A stretch of 64,000 nt of DNA from Crocinitomicaceae bacterium. GTDB taxonomy: Bacteria > Bacteroidota > Bacteroidia > Flavobacteriales_D > Crocinitomicaceae. Numbering within the stretch: the first letter of the stretch is position 1; each line of letters begins with the position of its first letter. Positions 55,771 through 64,000 of the stretch are shown here, one piece after another. A program made the translations under genes and the position numbers. The DNA lies in NCBI GenBank assembly GCA_017983465.1, contig JAGOBK010000007.1:33685-97684 (forward strand), given 5' to 3'. The notes under the pieces are model-generated. The model searched no databases. It was not told where the DNA came from and saw nothing but the letters and a program-made list of their open reading frames with translations.

Positions 55771-57600
55771 TTAAAAGTTTGATGCAATATCCGTTAATAA
55801 GACAGTATGCATGATTTTTTTTCCGTTTGGAGCAACCGTATGTTCCTCACATTGAAACAAGGCTTCAACGAGTGCCTGCGCTTCTTCTGGACGTCGAACG
55901 ACTGCATCCTTGGATGCGTTTTGAGTCAAACGTCGAACCAAATGATGCGCCACATCTCCTTGATCGATATCTCTGTCCTGTAAATCTGCAAGCAAGGAAT
56001 TCACGCATGCGTCGATGCTGTTTTCTGGAAGTACGGTTGGAACACCATGAATGAAAAGTGTTTCTTGTTGATATTCACATTGAAATCCAAGTTGTTTCAG
56101 TAACTTTTCATGACTCATCCAAAGATCCATTTCAACCTTAGAAAGTTCTTTCTCAATCGGAAAAAGCATTTGTTGGCTATCGAGTGCTTGGTGAATGAAT
56201 TTCCCGATTAACTCGGTATATAAAATGCGCCATTTCGCTCGTTTTACATCGATAACGAGCAAGCCTGATTTTGTTGGCGAAAAGATATAACGATCATGAA
56301 TCAAGTAGTTCCCGACTTCATTTTTTTCTTCAAATCCTATCGTCTGTGTGGAAATGATCCCTTGTCCAGATGTTTCCTCTTCAATTTGATAAAACTGTTC
56401 CCAATCGGCCGGACTTGGCATTGCTTGTCCGAATCCCTCGTTTTTCATCGCCTTCGAAAATCCATTTCCAGTTGATCCGCCTGTGGGCTTTTGAGTTTGA
56501 AAAGGATTAAAGCTGGGGTCCACCATGATCTGCGGCTCCATTGGTTCATTTTTCCGAAAAGAACTTGGGACATCAAAACTGGTTTCTGCTTCAAAATCAA
56601 GGGTAGGGAAGATGTTGTATTTCCCAAGAGCTTGACGGACACTACTCAACAAAATGGAATAGATGAAGCGGTCCTCTTCGAACTTAATTTCTGTTTTTGT
56701 GGGATGAATGTTGACATCGATTTTTGCTGGATCAACATCCAAATAAATGCAATAACTCGGATAATGTTTGTCGCTAATCATGCCATCAAATGCCTTTGTT
56801 ATCGCATGATGGAAGTAAGAATCCTTGAAAAATCGGTTGTTGACAAAGAAAAATTGTTCTCCCCTTGTCTTCTTTGCTGCATCTGGTTTACCCAGGAATC
56901 CTTTAATGGATACGATATTCGTTTGCTCCTCAATTGGGACCAATCGTTCGTTGCTGTTTCGTCCAAAAATACTCGCTACACGCATGCGCAGCACTCCAGC
57001 TTGCAGTTGGTAGGTTTCTTGTCCGTTGTGATGCAAACTAAATTTAATGTCTGGATGAGCCAAGGCAACACGTTCAAATTCGTCGCGAATGTGTCCAAAC
57101 TCAATGCTTTCGGATTTTAAAAAATTTCTTCTCGCCGGAACATTGTAAAAAAGATTTTTCACCTCGAAAACCGTTCCTTTGGAACACACAATTTGTTCGT
57201 TGGTCTTAATCGTATTTCCTTCTACTTCGATGAGTGTTCCGGTGTCGGAATCTTCTTTTTTGGTCCGCATGCTCACATGAGCAATAGAGGCGATGGAAGC
57301 CAAAGCTTCACCACGAAATCCTTTTGTTTGCAGGCGGAATAAATCATCCGCACTTTTTAATTTGCTGGTCGCATGACGCTGAAAACACTTGACAGCGTCT
57401 TCTGGAGTCATTCCGTTACCGTCATCCACCACTTGGATTAAGGTCTTTCCAGCATCTTTCACATGAAGTTGAACGAATGACGCGCCAGCATCGATGGAAT
57501 TCTCCATGAGTTCTTTGACCACAGAGGCTGGACGCTGAATCACTTCACCGGCAGCAATCTGATTCGCAATGTGTTCAGGAAGAAGTTGGATGATACTCAT
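55771..57600 (-). CDS. mutL: DNA mismatch repair protein MutL
   Basis: 609 aa. GHKL ATPase N-terminus (IAAGEVIQRPASVVKELMENSIDAG) and the C-terminal dimerisation domain. Confidence 0.93.
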   Translation of the reverse strand: MSIIQLLPEHIANQIAAGEVIQRPASVVKELMENSIDAGASFVQLHVKDAGKTLIQVVDDGNGMTPEDAVKCFQRHATSKLKSADDLFRLQTKGFRGEALASIASIAHVSMRTKKEDSDTGTLIEVEGNTIKTNEQIVCSKGTVFEVKNLFYNVPARRNFLKSESIEFGHIRDEFERVALAHPDIKFSLHHNGQETYQLQAGVLRMRVASIFGRNSNERLVPIEEQTNIVSIKGFLGKPDAAKKTRGEQFFFVNNRFFKDSYFHHAITKAFDGMISDKHYPSYCIYLDVDPAKIDVNIHPTKTEIKFEEDRFIYSILLSSVRQALGKYNIFPTLDFEAETSFDVPSSFRKNEPMEPQIMVDPSFNPFQTQKPTGGSTGNGFSKAMKNEGFGQAMPSPADWEQFYQIEEETSGQGIISTQTIGFEEKNEVGNYLIHDRYIFSPTKSGLLVIDVKRAKWRILYTELIGKFIHQALDSQQMLFPIEKELSKVEMDLWMSHEKLLKQLGFQCEYQQETLFIHGVPTVLPENSIDACVNSLLADLQDRDIDQGDVAHHLVRRLTQNASKDAVVRRPEEAQALVEALFQCEEHTVAPNGKKIMHTVLLTDIASNF

Positions 57601-57692
57601 AGTCTGACAGGGATGAAGTGGTTCGATTCATTCCCGACACAAGTTAGAAAAATGTCCTGAAGAGTATAGTAATTTGTTCGCATCGTTACCTG

Positions 57693-57700
57693 CAAAAATA
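57693..57700 (-). promoter_or_regulatory. -7 promoter box TATTTTTG (mutL array)
   Basis: TAnnTTTG match about 93 nt upstream of the mutL ATG, in a 150-nt gap. Confidence 0.35.
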
Positions 57701-57750
57701 ACGATAATCCACGGGAATTTTCTCCCTCTCACACAACTTAAGCGATTTTT

Positions 57751-59004
57751 TTACATTCGAACAATAGTACCGCGGTATTCACCTTTCTCCCCTTGAACAG
57801 GATGTTGAATAACGACCTTCCAAATGTACGCCTTGTTACCTGGTACAAGTTTTCCATCTCGGCGATCAATTCCATCCCACGCATTACCTGCGTCAGTTGA
57901 TTCGAATACGAGTCCACCGTTATCTGGATCCAAAACGATTAATTTGAACGGTGTTTGACGAATGGTTAATGCAAAAGGCATAAACGTGTTGTTTCGGCTA
58001 TCCTGTGATTGTGGATTAAATGCATTCACTGCGAGAAGATTGTAGTCAGATGGAATCTGTATCATTTCTTTTTCTTTCGCGATACAGCCGTTACTGCCAA
58101 TGGCTTGCACTTCAACGATGGCATATCCTTTATCGAACGCCAATAACTCAACATTTTTTCCTGTATTCGTATTGAGGATATTTGTCGAATGCCATGTGAT
58201 TTGTCCTTCACTAGATTCAGCTTGAATGCTCATTTTTGGCAATCCATCTTCGTAATTTAGGATGCGATCCGAATTGATGTTTAAGGTAGGAGTTGCGCTC
58301 ACGACAAAACTTCCAAATTCTTCAAATTGTCCGTAGGGACCTGAATTCGCGGTCAAGGTTACTTTTCCTGGCTCCGTTAATTTCAATGAAATGACTTCGT
58401 TGTAAGAAAAATGAAGTTCTTTTCCAGCATAACTAACCATTCGTTCATGGCGTTTATCTGCCTCCAACTGCAACGTTTCACCTTGACATCTATTTTTGAA
58501 ATCAATGATCGCTACGCGTCCGTTATAGGATGGTGTTGGTTCTTGATGGTCAATTGTTTGATCCGTTAAACCTAAGACGTCCATTTGATCTAAAATGAGT
58601 GGGATCGAATGAGGGATAAGTTCAGTGATGACAACTGGTGGTGTAAATCTTGGGCTCATCAAAGGCTCGGTCTCATTTGGATTCGTTCCATTAACAGCTG
58701 CACTTTGTGGAGTTGAAGAGGATGTTTTACTTTGATTAGGTGCAACAGTAGTGGGGGAATTCGTTTCCTTTTTGGCAGTTTTATTGTGTGTTTCTTTGAT
58801 GCTGCGGTTAGCCGAAGTAGGCAGGACAACATACGCCGCAATGACTATGGCAATAACCAAAGCAGCGGACCATTTGATCTGTGTTGCCTGATACCATTTT
58901 TTAGCGCTCAATTTTTTATTCAAGGATTCCCATGCTTGTGCATCGTAAGGAATCTCGAAATGATTCAAGGCCTCTTTAAAGCTATTTTCTAAACCATCTT
59001 TCAT
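57751..59004 (-). CDS. anti-sigma-positioned single-pass membrane protein with T9SS type-B (CHU_C-like) C-terminal domain
   Basis: 417 aa. No cleavable signal peptide. TM at about residues 46-61. S/T/P/N-rich linker. C-terminus NAFNP..NNTFMP..LVFES..WDG..Y.W.V...GTIV. Confidence 0.65.
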   Translation of the reverse strand: MKDGLENSFKEALNHFEIPYDAQAWESLNKKLSAKKWYQATQIKWSAALVIAIVIAAYVVLPTSANRSIKETHNKTAKKETNSPTTVAPNQSKTSSSTPQSAAVNGTNPNETEPLMSPRFTPPVVITELIPHSIPLILDQMDVLGLTDQTIDHQEPTPSYNGRVAIIDFKNRCQGETLQLEADKRHERMVSYAGKELHFSYNEVISLKLTEPGKVTLTANSGPYGQFEEFGSFVVSATPTLNINSDRILNYEDGLPKMSIQAESSEGQITWHSTNILNTNTGKNVELLAFDKGYAIVEVQAIGSNGCIAKEKEMIQIPSDYNLLAVNAFNPQSQDSRNNTFMPFALTIRQTPFKLIVLDPDNGGLVFESTDAGNAWDGIDRRDGKLVPGNKAYIWKVVIQHPVQGEKGEYRGTIVRM

Positions 59005-59573
59005 TTGTCGATGTTTACAAATTTTTCATTTAATATGCGTTGAAGGTTCATTTTCGCCTTCGCCAAATTGGATTTTGAGGTTCCTTCGTTGATACCTAAA
59101 AGTTCAGCAATCTCTTTATGAGTGTGATCTTCCAAAACAAACAAGTTAAAAACAGTTCGGTAAGCTGGAGAAAGTTTTGCAATAGCTTCCATGGCTATTT
59201 CAGCCTTTAAATCAATAACATCTAATTCTTCTCGCTCCACTAACTCATCGCGTGCCGCTTGTTTAAAGTCGGTGTCCTGGTCACTCAAAAATGGATTTCG
59301 TTTGGCTTTTCGAAGAGCGTCTATCGCTGTGTTTGCCACGATGCGACGAATCCATCCCTCCAATGAACCTTTGAAATCAAAAACCTCCAATTTGTCAAAG
59401 ACCTTTAAAAATGCCTCTTGAAGAACCTCTTGTGCGGTGTCGCGATCCGTCATGTAGCGCAAACAAACCACCATCATTTTTCCGTAAAATTGCTTAAATA
59501 ACACCTCCTGCGAACGTCGTTCGCCACGGATGCATCCCTCCACAATTTCTCTTAAATGACCCTGGTTCTCCAA
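59001..59573 (-). CDS. ECF-type RNA polymerase sigma-70 factor
   Basis: 190 aa. Region 2 (FKQFYGKMMVVCLRY..DTAQEVLQEAF) and region 4 HTH (HKEIAELLGINEGTSKSNL). Apparent TTG start. ATGA overlap with the downstream gene. Confidence 0.85.
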   Translation of the reverse strand: MENQGHLREIVEGCIRGERRSQEVLFKQFYGKMMVVCLRYMTDRDTAQEVLQEAFLKVFDKLEVFDFKGSLEGWIRRIVANTAIDALRKAKRNPFLSDQDTDFKQAARDELVEREELDVIDLKAEIAMEAIAKLSPAYRTVFNLFVLEDHTHKEIAELLGINEGTSKSNLAKAKMNLQRILNEKFVNIDK

Positions 59574-59722
59574 TTTTCAACAATTTTAAAACGACGCTAA
59601 GGTACGTCGGTTGCCTCTTAGAATAAATAAAATGGAAAAATACGTCCAAATAAACTAAATTTTCCTCAAATTCACTAAATTCGTGTCGCTATTAAGCAAG
59701 TACGAACTAATACATAGATCAA

Positions 59723-60661
59723 ATGAAAGTAACCGTAGTAGGTGCAGGTAATGTAGGTGCAACCTGTGCAGATGTGTTGGCACAAAGAGAAATTGCTAAC
59801 GAAATTGTTTTACTAGATATTAAAGAGGGATTTGCCGAAGGTAAAGCGCTTGATATCTGGCAAACATCTCCGATTAATTTGTACGATTCACGTACGATTG
59901 GATCAACAAATGATTACGCAAAAACAGCGGATTCTGACGTAGTTGTGATTACTTCAGGTTTGCCAAGAAAACCAGGAATGTCTCGTGACGACCTTATCGC
60001 TACCAATGCTGGTATTGTTAAGACCGTGACAGAGAACATCGTGAAGTATTCACCAAATGCAATCATTGTTGTTGTTTCTAATCCATTAGATGTGATGACA
60101 TACTGTGCGTATTTGAATGCAAACACAGATCCAAGCAAAGTATTCGGAATGGCAGGTGTACTTGATACAGCTCGTTACCGTGCATTTTTAGCAACGGAGT
60201 TAAATGTTTCCCCGAAAGATATTCAAGCAGTATTGATGGGTGGACATGGTGACACAATGGTTCCGCTTCCTCGTTACACGACTGTAGGTGGAATTCCAGT
60301 AACAGAATTAATCGAAGAATCTAAATTGAACGAAATCATCGAACGCACGAAATTCGGTGGTGGTGAAATCGTGAAATTATTAGGTACTTCAGCATGGTAC
60401 GCTCCAGGAGCTGCTGCTGCTCAAATGGTAGAAGCAATTGTACGTGATCAAAAACGTATTTTTCCAGTTTGTGCTTGGTTACAAGGTGAATACGGAATGA
60501 ACGATATCTACCTAGGTGTACCAGTAGTACTTGGTAAAAACGGTATTGAGAAAATCATCGAATTGCAATTGAACGATGCAGAACGCGCTCTTTTAGTAGA
60601 GTCAGCAGAAGCAGTGAAAAGTGTGATGGAAGTGTTGGATAATATGATTGCTAACGCATAA
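59723..60661 (+). CDS. mdh: malate dehydrogenase (LDH-like type)
   Basis: 312 aa. VVGAGNVGA. Full-length MDH/LDH fold motifs (ITSGLPRKPGMSRDDL, GGHGD). Confidence 0.93.
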   Translation: MKVTVVGAGNVGATCADVLAQREIANEIVLLDIKEGFAEGKALDIWQTSPINLYDSRTIGSTNDYAKTADSDVVVITSGLPRKPGMSRDDLIATNAGIVKTVTENIVKYSPNAIIVVVSNPLDVMTYCAYLNANTDPSKVFGMAGVLDTARYRAFLATELNVSPKDIQAVLMGGHGDTMVPLPRYTTVGGIPVTELIEESKLNEIIERTKFGGGEIVKLLGTSAWYAPGAAAAQMVEAIVRDQKRIFPVCAWLQGEYGMNDIYLGVPVVLGKNGIEKIIELQLNDAERALLVESAEAVKSVMEVLDNMIANA

Positions 60662-60679
60662 GTCCAATTCAACGAAATA

Positions 60680-60715
60680 AAAAATGCGGGTCAATCTTGA
60701 TCCGCATTTTTTTTG
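60680..60715. terminator. bidirectional intrinsic terminator
   Basis: 10-bp stem ATGCGGGTCA-atct-TGATCCGCAT, preceded by an A-run and followed by T8, between convergent genes. Confidence 0.8.
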
Positions 60716-60726
60716 TTGTCATTTTT

Positions 60727-62118
60727 TTAGTTCAGTTCAATCGCACCAATATCCGGTGGATTGTTTCGGGGATTCCCGAGAATATCCGTTACTACGCTGG
60801 TGTTCACCCCAGTTCCTTGTAAATCTGAATTACTTCCAAAGGTAAAATCAAATTCAGTTGGATTCGTGAAAAGAGCGCTTCCATTCCAGATTACGCTTGC
60901 ATCGTAGAAGGAGTCTGTGTAAACTTCTTCGGAGCGTAACAGCGTGTTTTTAAAGTCAAAATTTAACACCACTCCGGACATCTGAATGGTATCCATGGCG
61001 AATTCAGTTGTTAAGTTTCCTGTTACGACACAATTGTATAGTTTTCCTTCGTCAATAGAAGACACGTTGGTTTGTCCGGCATTATAGTCCGTGTAATAAT
61101 TACTGATTCCAACTGCTGGATTCGTTGAACTGCCGTATCCAAGTAGGTCACAATGATTGAAGTTGAAGTCGCCGCCTTGAAGGACAAACAAGGCATGTGT
61201 CCCGTTTTTTGCAACGATGCAATTCTCAGCTTTCACTTTCGCTCCAGCAAAAATGAAGACACCGTAGCGTGCTTGATTTTTGATGATCGTGTTGGTCATT
61301 GTGAGCGTGTATCCGGAATTCGTTGGGTCTTCGTCATACAAGTGAACACCGGATGTCCCATTTTTTATAATAGCATAGTCGATGGTACATGGACGCGCTT
61401 GTTGAAAGTAAATGCCGTAAAATTGTCCACTGACATTTTGATAATCTTGCTCCAAGCGATCTCCTTCGATGATGACTTCATTGCCAAGCGTCCCTTGAAT
61501 GTTTAAGGTCGATTTGTACACATACAAAATGGCGTTTTTGTGCATGTAAATATGTGTCCCAGCTTGAATGTTTAATGTTTTTGCAGAGTCAACCGCTGCG
61601 TAGCCATAGACAACATGTGGTTTGTCGTTTGGCCAAATGCCTTCATTTAAATCTTTGTAATGAAAATAAGCGTCTTGTCCCCATGCAGCAAGTTTCACGT
61701 ATTGGTTTTTTTCGTTGGACTTAAACCGTATGGAATCCTCTATAACCAAGGGTAAATTCGTTCCGTTTGGATCCAAGGTAACTTCAACAAATACAAACAA
61801 ACTATCTCCTCCTTCGATATAGAGGTCCTCGATTTGCGTTCCTTGTAGTCCATCAACATTCATGGAAAATTTGGAATTCGTTCCACCCATTAATTCGATT
61901 TCGTCAATTTTAATCGTTTTGGAGTCCTTGTTGTAAATTTTAAATTGCTGTGTCGTTGATCCGATGGTCGTAAACACGGTATCAAAAACAACGGTATCCT
62001 TTGAGAAACTCAAATTATTTTTTGATAATATGACATGCTTTCCACAAGAGCTTGTGCTCAAGGTGAAAAGAACGAGTAAGCAGCCGAAAATGGTAGAAAA
62101 GAATAATCTCATGTGCAT
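60727..62118 (-). CDS. lipoprotein with Ig-like N-terminal domain and right-handed beta-helix
   Basis: 463 aa. Lipobox LSTSSC. Repetitive beta-helix-like turns. C-terminus DILGNPRNNPPDIGAIE. Confidence 0.6.
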   Translation of the reverse strand: MHMRLFFSTIFGCLLVLFTLSTSSCGKHVILSKNNLSFSKDTVVFDTVFTTIGSTTQQFKIYNKDSKTIKIDEIELMGGTNSKFSMNVDGLQGTQIEDLYIEGGDSLFVFVEVTLDPNGTNLPLVIEDSIRFKSNEKNQYVKLAAWGQDAYFHYKDLNEGIWPNDKPHVVYGYAAVDSAKTLNIQAGTHIYMHKNAILYVYKSTLNIQGTLGNEVIIEGDRLEQDYQNVSGQFYGIYFQQARPCTIDYAIIKNGTSGVHLYDEDPTNSGYTLTMTNTIIKNQARYGVFIFAGAKVKAENCIVAKNGTHALFVLQGGDFNFNHCDLLGYGSSTNPAVGISNYYTDYNAGQTNVSSIDEGKLYNCVVTGNLTTEFAMDTIQMSGVVLNFDFKNTLLRSEEVYTDSFYDASVIWNGSALFTNPTEFDFTFGSNSDLQGTGVNTSVVTDILGNPRNNPPDIGAIELN

Positions 62119-62199
62119 ATAACGAACAAATCTACGGATTATTGAGACTTTTTTTGAACCTTTGAAGAACTTGGTTGTAAATAGCTAAAAATCATCCCG

Positions 62200-63408
62200 A
62201 TGAAACAAACTATTTTTTTTAGTTTACTCTTACTTTTTTCCTTTATTTCCTTTGGTCAACCACCGAATGGAACCCTGAATACACCACAAAGCACCAATCA
62301 TATGGGTGTTACTGAAAATGGGCTAAACTTGTCCAAAGAAAAACTGAATGTCAATGTAAATTTCGAATCCAATTCACTGTTGAAACTAGACTCCAGTTAT
62401 TTCAATGTGAATCAAAAATTCGAGGAGCGAGAAGATTCAAACGAACAAGATGATACGAAGGACCTTCGTGAGACGGACAAAACAGTTCAGGTTTTTTCCG
62501 CTTTTTCGCTTGTTCGTCAAAACTCTAAATTGAATAAATTTCAGCGTACACCATTAGCAGCTGAACAAGCCGAAATGGATGCCAAAGTAAAGCAACTTGA
62601 ATTAATTTCCCCTCATTCATGGGAATATCCATTGGCGTATTATTTAGCTGGAAATTACAATTTGGATCGATCACCGGCACTTGAAAAAGCGTATCAGATG
62701 AATCCGGAAAATCTCGAAGTTCAAAAACAATATGTTTCACTTAAATTGATGAATGGCGATACCATCAGTGTTCAAAACGCGCTTGCCGTGATGTCCGTCA
62801 ATAATGTCATTACGTTGGAAGTAGAAACCTACACAAGTGATGTATTGACCTCTTGTGCCATGAACTCCACGTTGATTACGCATGGCTTTGAGGACACCTA
62901 TGGCGCTTTGCTCAATCAATTTAGTTACCAACAACGATTGGACGTCAATGTGGTTTCCTTGGATTTCATGCAAAGTCCACAATACCGAAAAGCCTTAGAG
63001 GGAAAAGGGTATGTCCTGCCGAAGTCGACCAAAATTGACGTTGGATACTTGAGTCAATTCTGTTACTTAAATGCCGACAAGGGACTTTTTCTTTCGGTGA
63101 CGATTCCAAGGAATTACTTAGAGCCAATTTCCAAAAAACTATTTCCCGTCGGACTTACCTTTCAGTACGCGAATGCACCGGCACTAGATTTACCTTCAAG
63201 ACAAGAGACTTTTTGGTTTGAACAATTCAATAAGTACGGATTGACCGAATCGGAGGAGCGCAGCAAATTCGCCATGAATTACATTCCCATGTTGATGTAT
63301 TTGGAACAGAAATACATTCAGGAAGGAAATGAAGTTTTGTTGCTGCAAATCCGAGAAAGCATGGATTTTATTCTTGGAAAGAAAGTCATAAAAAAGGCGG
63401 GTAATTAG
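62200..63408 (+). CDS. exported hypothetical protein
   Basis: 402 aa. Signal peptide (LLLLFSFISFGQ). No recognised motif. Its stop abuts the sigma gene start (TAGATG). Confidence 0.55.
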   Translation: MKQTIFFSLLLLFSFISFGQPPNGTLNTPQSTNHMGVTENGLNLSKEKLNVNVNFESNSLLKLDSSYFNVNQKFEEREDSNEQDDTKDLRETDKTVQVFSAFSLVRQNSKLNKFQRTPLAAEQAEMDAKVKQLELISPHSWEYPLAYYLAGNYNLDRSPALEKAYQMNPENLEVQKQYVSLKLMNGDTISVQNALAVMSVNNVITLEVETYTSDVLTSCAMNSTLITHGFEDTYGALLNQFSYQQRLDVNVVSLDFMQSPQYRKALEGKGYVLPKSTKIDVGYLSQFCYLNADKGLFLSVTIPRNYLEPISKKLFPVGLTFQYANAPALDLPSRQETFWFEQFNKYGLTESEERSKFAMNYIPMLMYLEQKYIQEGNEVLLLQIRESMDFILGKKVIKKAGN

Positions 63409-63987
63409 ATGAAATTCTTTCGTAAATCGATATCAGACTGGAGTGATGAGTCCTTGATGCATGCATTGGGACAAGGGAATCAGTCTGCTTTTACGGAATT
63501 GTATGATCGTTATTCAGGGAAATTAAAAGGGTATTTCCGAAACATGCTTTGGCGTGATGACGAAAAAGCGGAGGATTTTGTCCATGATTTGTTTGCGAAA
63601 ATCATTCAGCATCCGGAATCGTTTGACACTTCTCGCTCCTTTAAAACATGGCTTTTCTCTGTAGCAAGTAATATGTGTAAAAATGAGTACAAACGAATGG
63701 AAGTAAGAAAAAACACGATTCACGGTGTGGATACATCTTTCGCTCCGTCCAACGAAAATGTCTTAAATCAAGTTCAGGATGCACAGTTCTTAGCTGAATT
63801 CGAAGAGAAATTACAAGAATTAGATGAAAAACACCGATCGGTGTTTACCTTGCGTCACCTCGATGGACTTGCCTTAAAAGAAATTGCCGAGATTTTAGAC
63901 ATTAATGAGGGAACAGTGAAGTCGCGCCTGTTTTATGCGACAAAATTTTTAGCGAATCAACTAAGTGTTTATCAATTAGCACAATAA
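63409..63987 (+). CDS. ECF-type RNA polymerase sigma-70 factor
   Basis: 192 aa. Region 2 (FTELYDRYSGKLKGYF..AEDFVHDLF) and region 4 HTH (LKEIAEILDINEGTVKSRL). Confidence 0.85.
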   Translation: MKFFRKSISDWSDESLMHALGQGNQSAFTELYDRYSGKLKGYFRNMLWRDDEKAEDFVHDLFAKIIQHPESFDTSRSFKTWLFSVASNMCKNEYKRMEVRKNTIHGVDTSFAPSNENVLNQVQDAQFLAEFEEKLQELDEKHRSVFTLRHLDGLALKEIAEILDINEGTVKSRLFYATKFLANQLSVYQLAQ

Positions 63988-63989
63988 AG

Positions 63990-64000
63990 ATGGAAGAACA
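63990..64000 (+). CDS. possible start of the next gene (candidate anti-sigma), truncated by the window end
   Basis: An ATG lies 2 nt after the sigma gene stop, but only 11 nt are visible. Confidence 0.2.

Noticed and set aside
56491-57120. A 209-aa ORF on the plus strand, antisense to mutL; it is the longest overlapping ORF in the window.
   Set aside because: It is exactly codon-aligned with the mutL frame. It therefore only reflects the absence of TTA/CTA/TCA codons over about 210 mutL codons. The sequence is low-complexity-like with no motif, promoter box or homology cue. A run of this length is plausible by chance given the codon usage.
57611-57636. A GGTTCGATTC T-loop-like sequence within an imperfect hairpin upstream of mutL, considered as a possible tRNA fragment.
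   Set aside because: No acceptor, D or anticodon arms can be drawn around it. It is an isolated imperfect stem-loop with no T-run, so it is neither a tRNA nor a convincing terminator.
57597-57683. A 28-codon upstream ORF (MRTNYYTLQDIFLTCVGNESNHFIPVRL) whose TGA overlaps the mutL ATG (ATGA).
   Set aside because: The ATGA overlap follows automatically from the second mutL codon (AGT). A 28-codon open frame has roughly a 15 percent chance at this composition. There is no supporting signal, so it would only be worth checking if ribosome profiling data exist.
59585-59612. A short CGACG-N8-CGTCG inverted repeat and an AAC...CGTC pattern upstream of the ECF sigma gene, considered as a possible ECF autoregulatory promoter.
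   Set aside because: The stem is only 5 bp. The AAC-to-CGTC spacing (13 nt) does not fit the usual 16-17 nt ECF spacing, which is too weak to call.
1-64000. A search for CRISPR arrays, transposases/integrases, phage genes, toxin-antitoxin pairs, rRNA/tRNA genes and long direct or inverted repeats.
   Set aside because: I recognised none. Every ORF over 100 aa outside overlaps is accounted for by a housekeeping or envelope function, and no intergenic gap exceeds 196 nt. A computational repeat and tRNA scan would be needed to be certain.

Overview
This window is an AT-rich, very densely packed chromosomal core region. Several features point to Bacteroidota, probably Flavobacteriia-like: a fused lpxC/fabZ, a fused ccoN/ccoO, T9SS C-terminal sorting domains, TAnnTTTG-type promoter boxes and no obvious Shine-Dalgarno sequences. 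I support about 60 CDS, nearly all recognisable housekeeping genes. They include five lipid A genes (lpxH, lpxK, lpxA, lpxC/fabZ, lpxD), gatB, purT, ung, hemE, queE, uvrA, ddl, dacB, lipA, mutL and mdh. There is also a complete cbb3 oxidase locus (ccoI, ccoS, ccoNO, ccoQ, ccoP-like, ccoG, fixH, DsbD_2-like) with hemN and an FNR-like regulator next to it. I found no rRNA, tRNA, CRISPR array, transposase, integrase or long repeat, and the longest non-coding gap is 196 nt. The most promising candidates for undescribed biology are: (1) a VTC-like triphosphate-tunnel enzyme translationally coupled to a DUF4956 membrane protein, possibly a membrane-coupled polyphosphate polymerase; (2) an ECF sigma factor coupled to an anti-sigma-positioned membrane protein that ends in a T9SS type-B sorting domain; (3) two FNR-type palindromes with identical spacing to -7 promoter boxes in front of ccoS and hemN; (4) a recurring TA(A/C)(C/T)TTTG octamer only 4-11 nt upstream of verified start codons, which suggests leaderless mRNAs. 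One real small gene missing from the ORF track (ccoS, 52 aa) was recovered by hand translation. All calls rest on motif recognition by eye; no searches were run.
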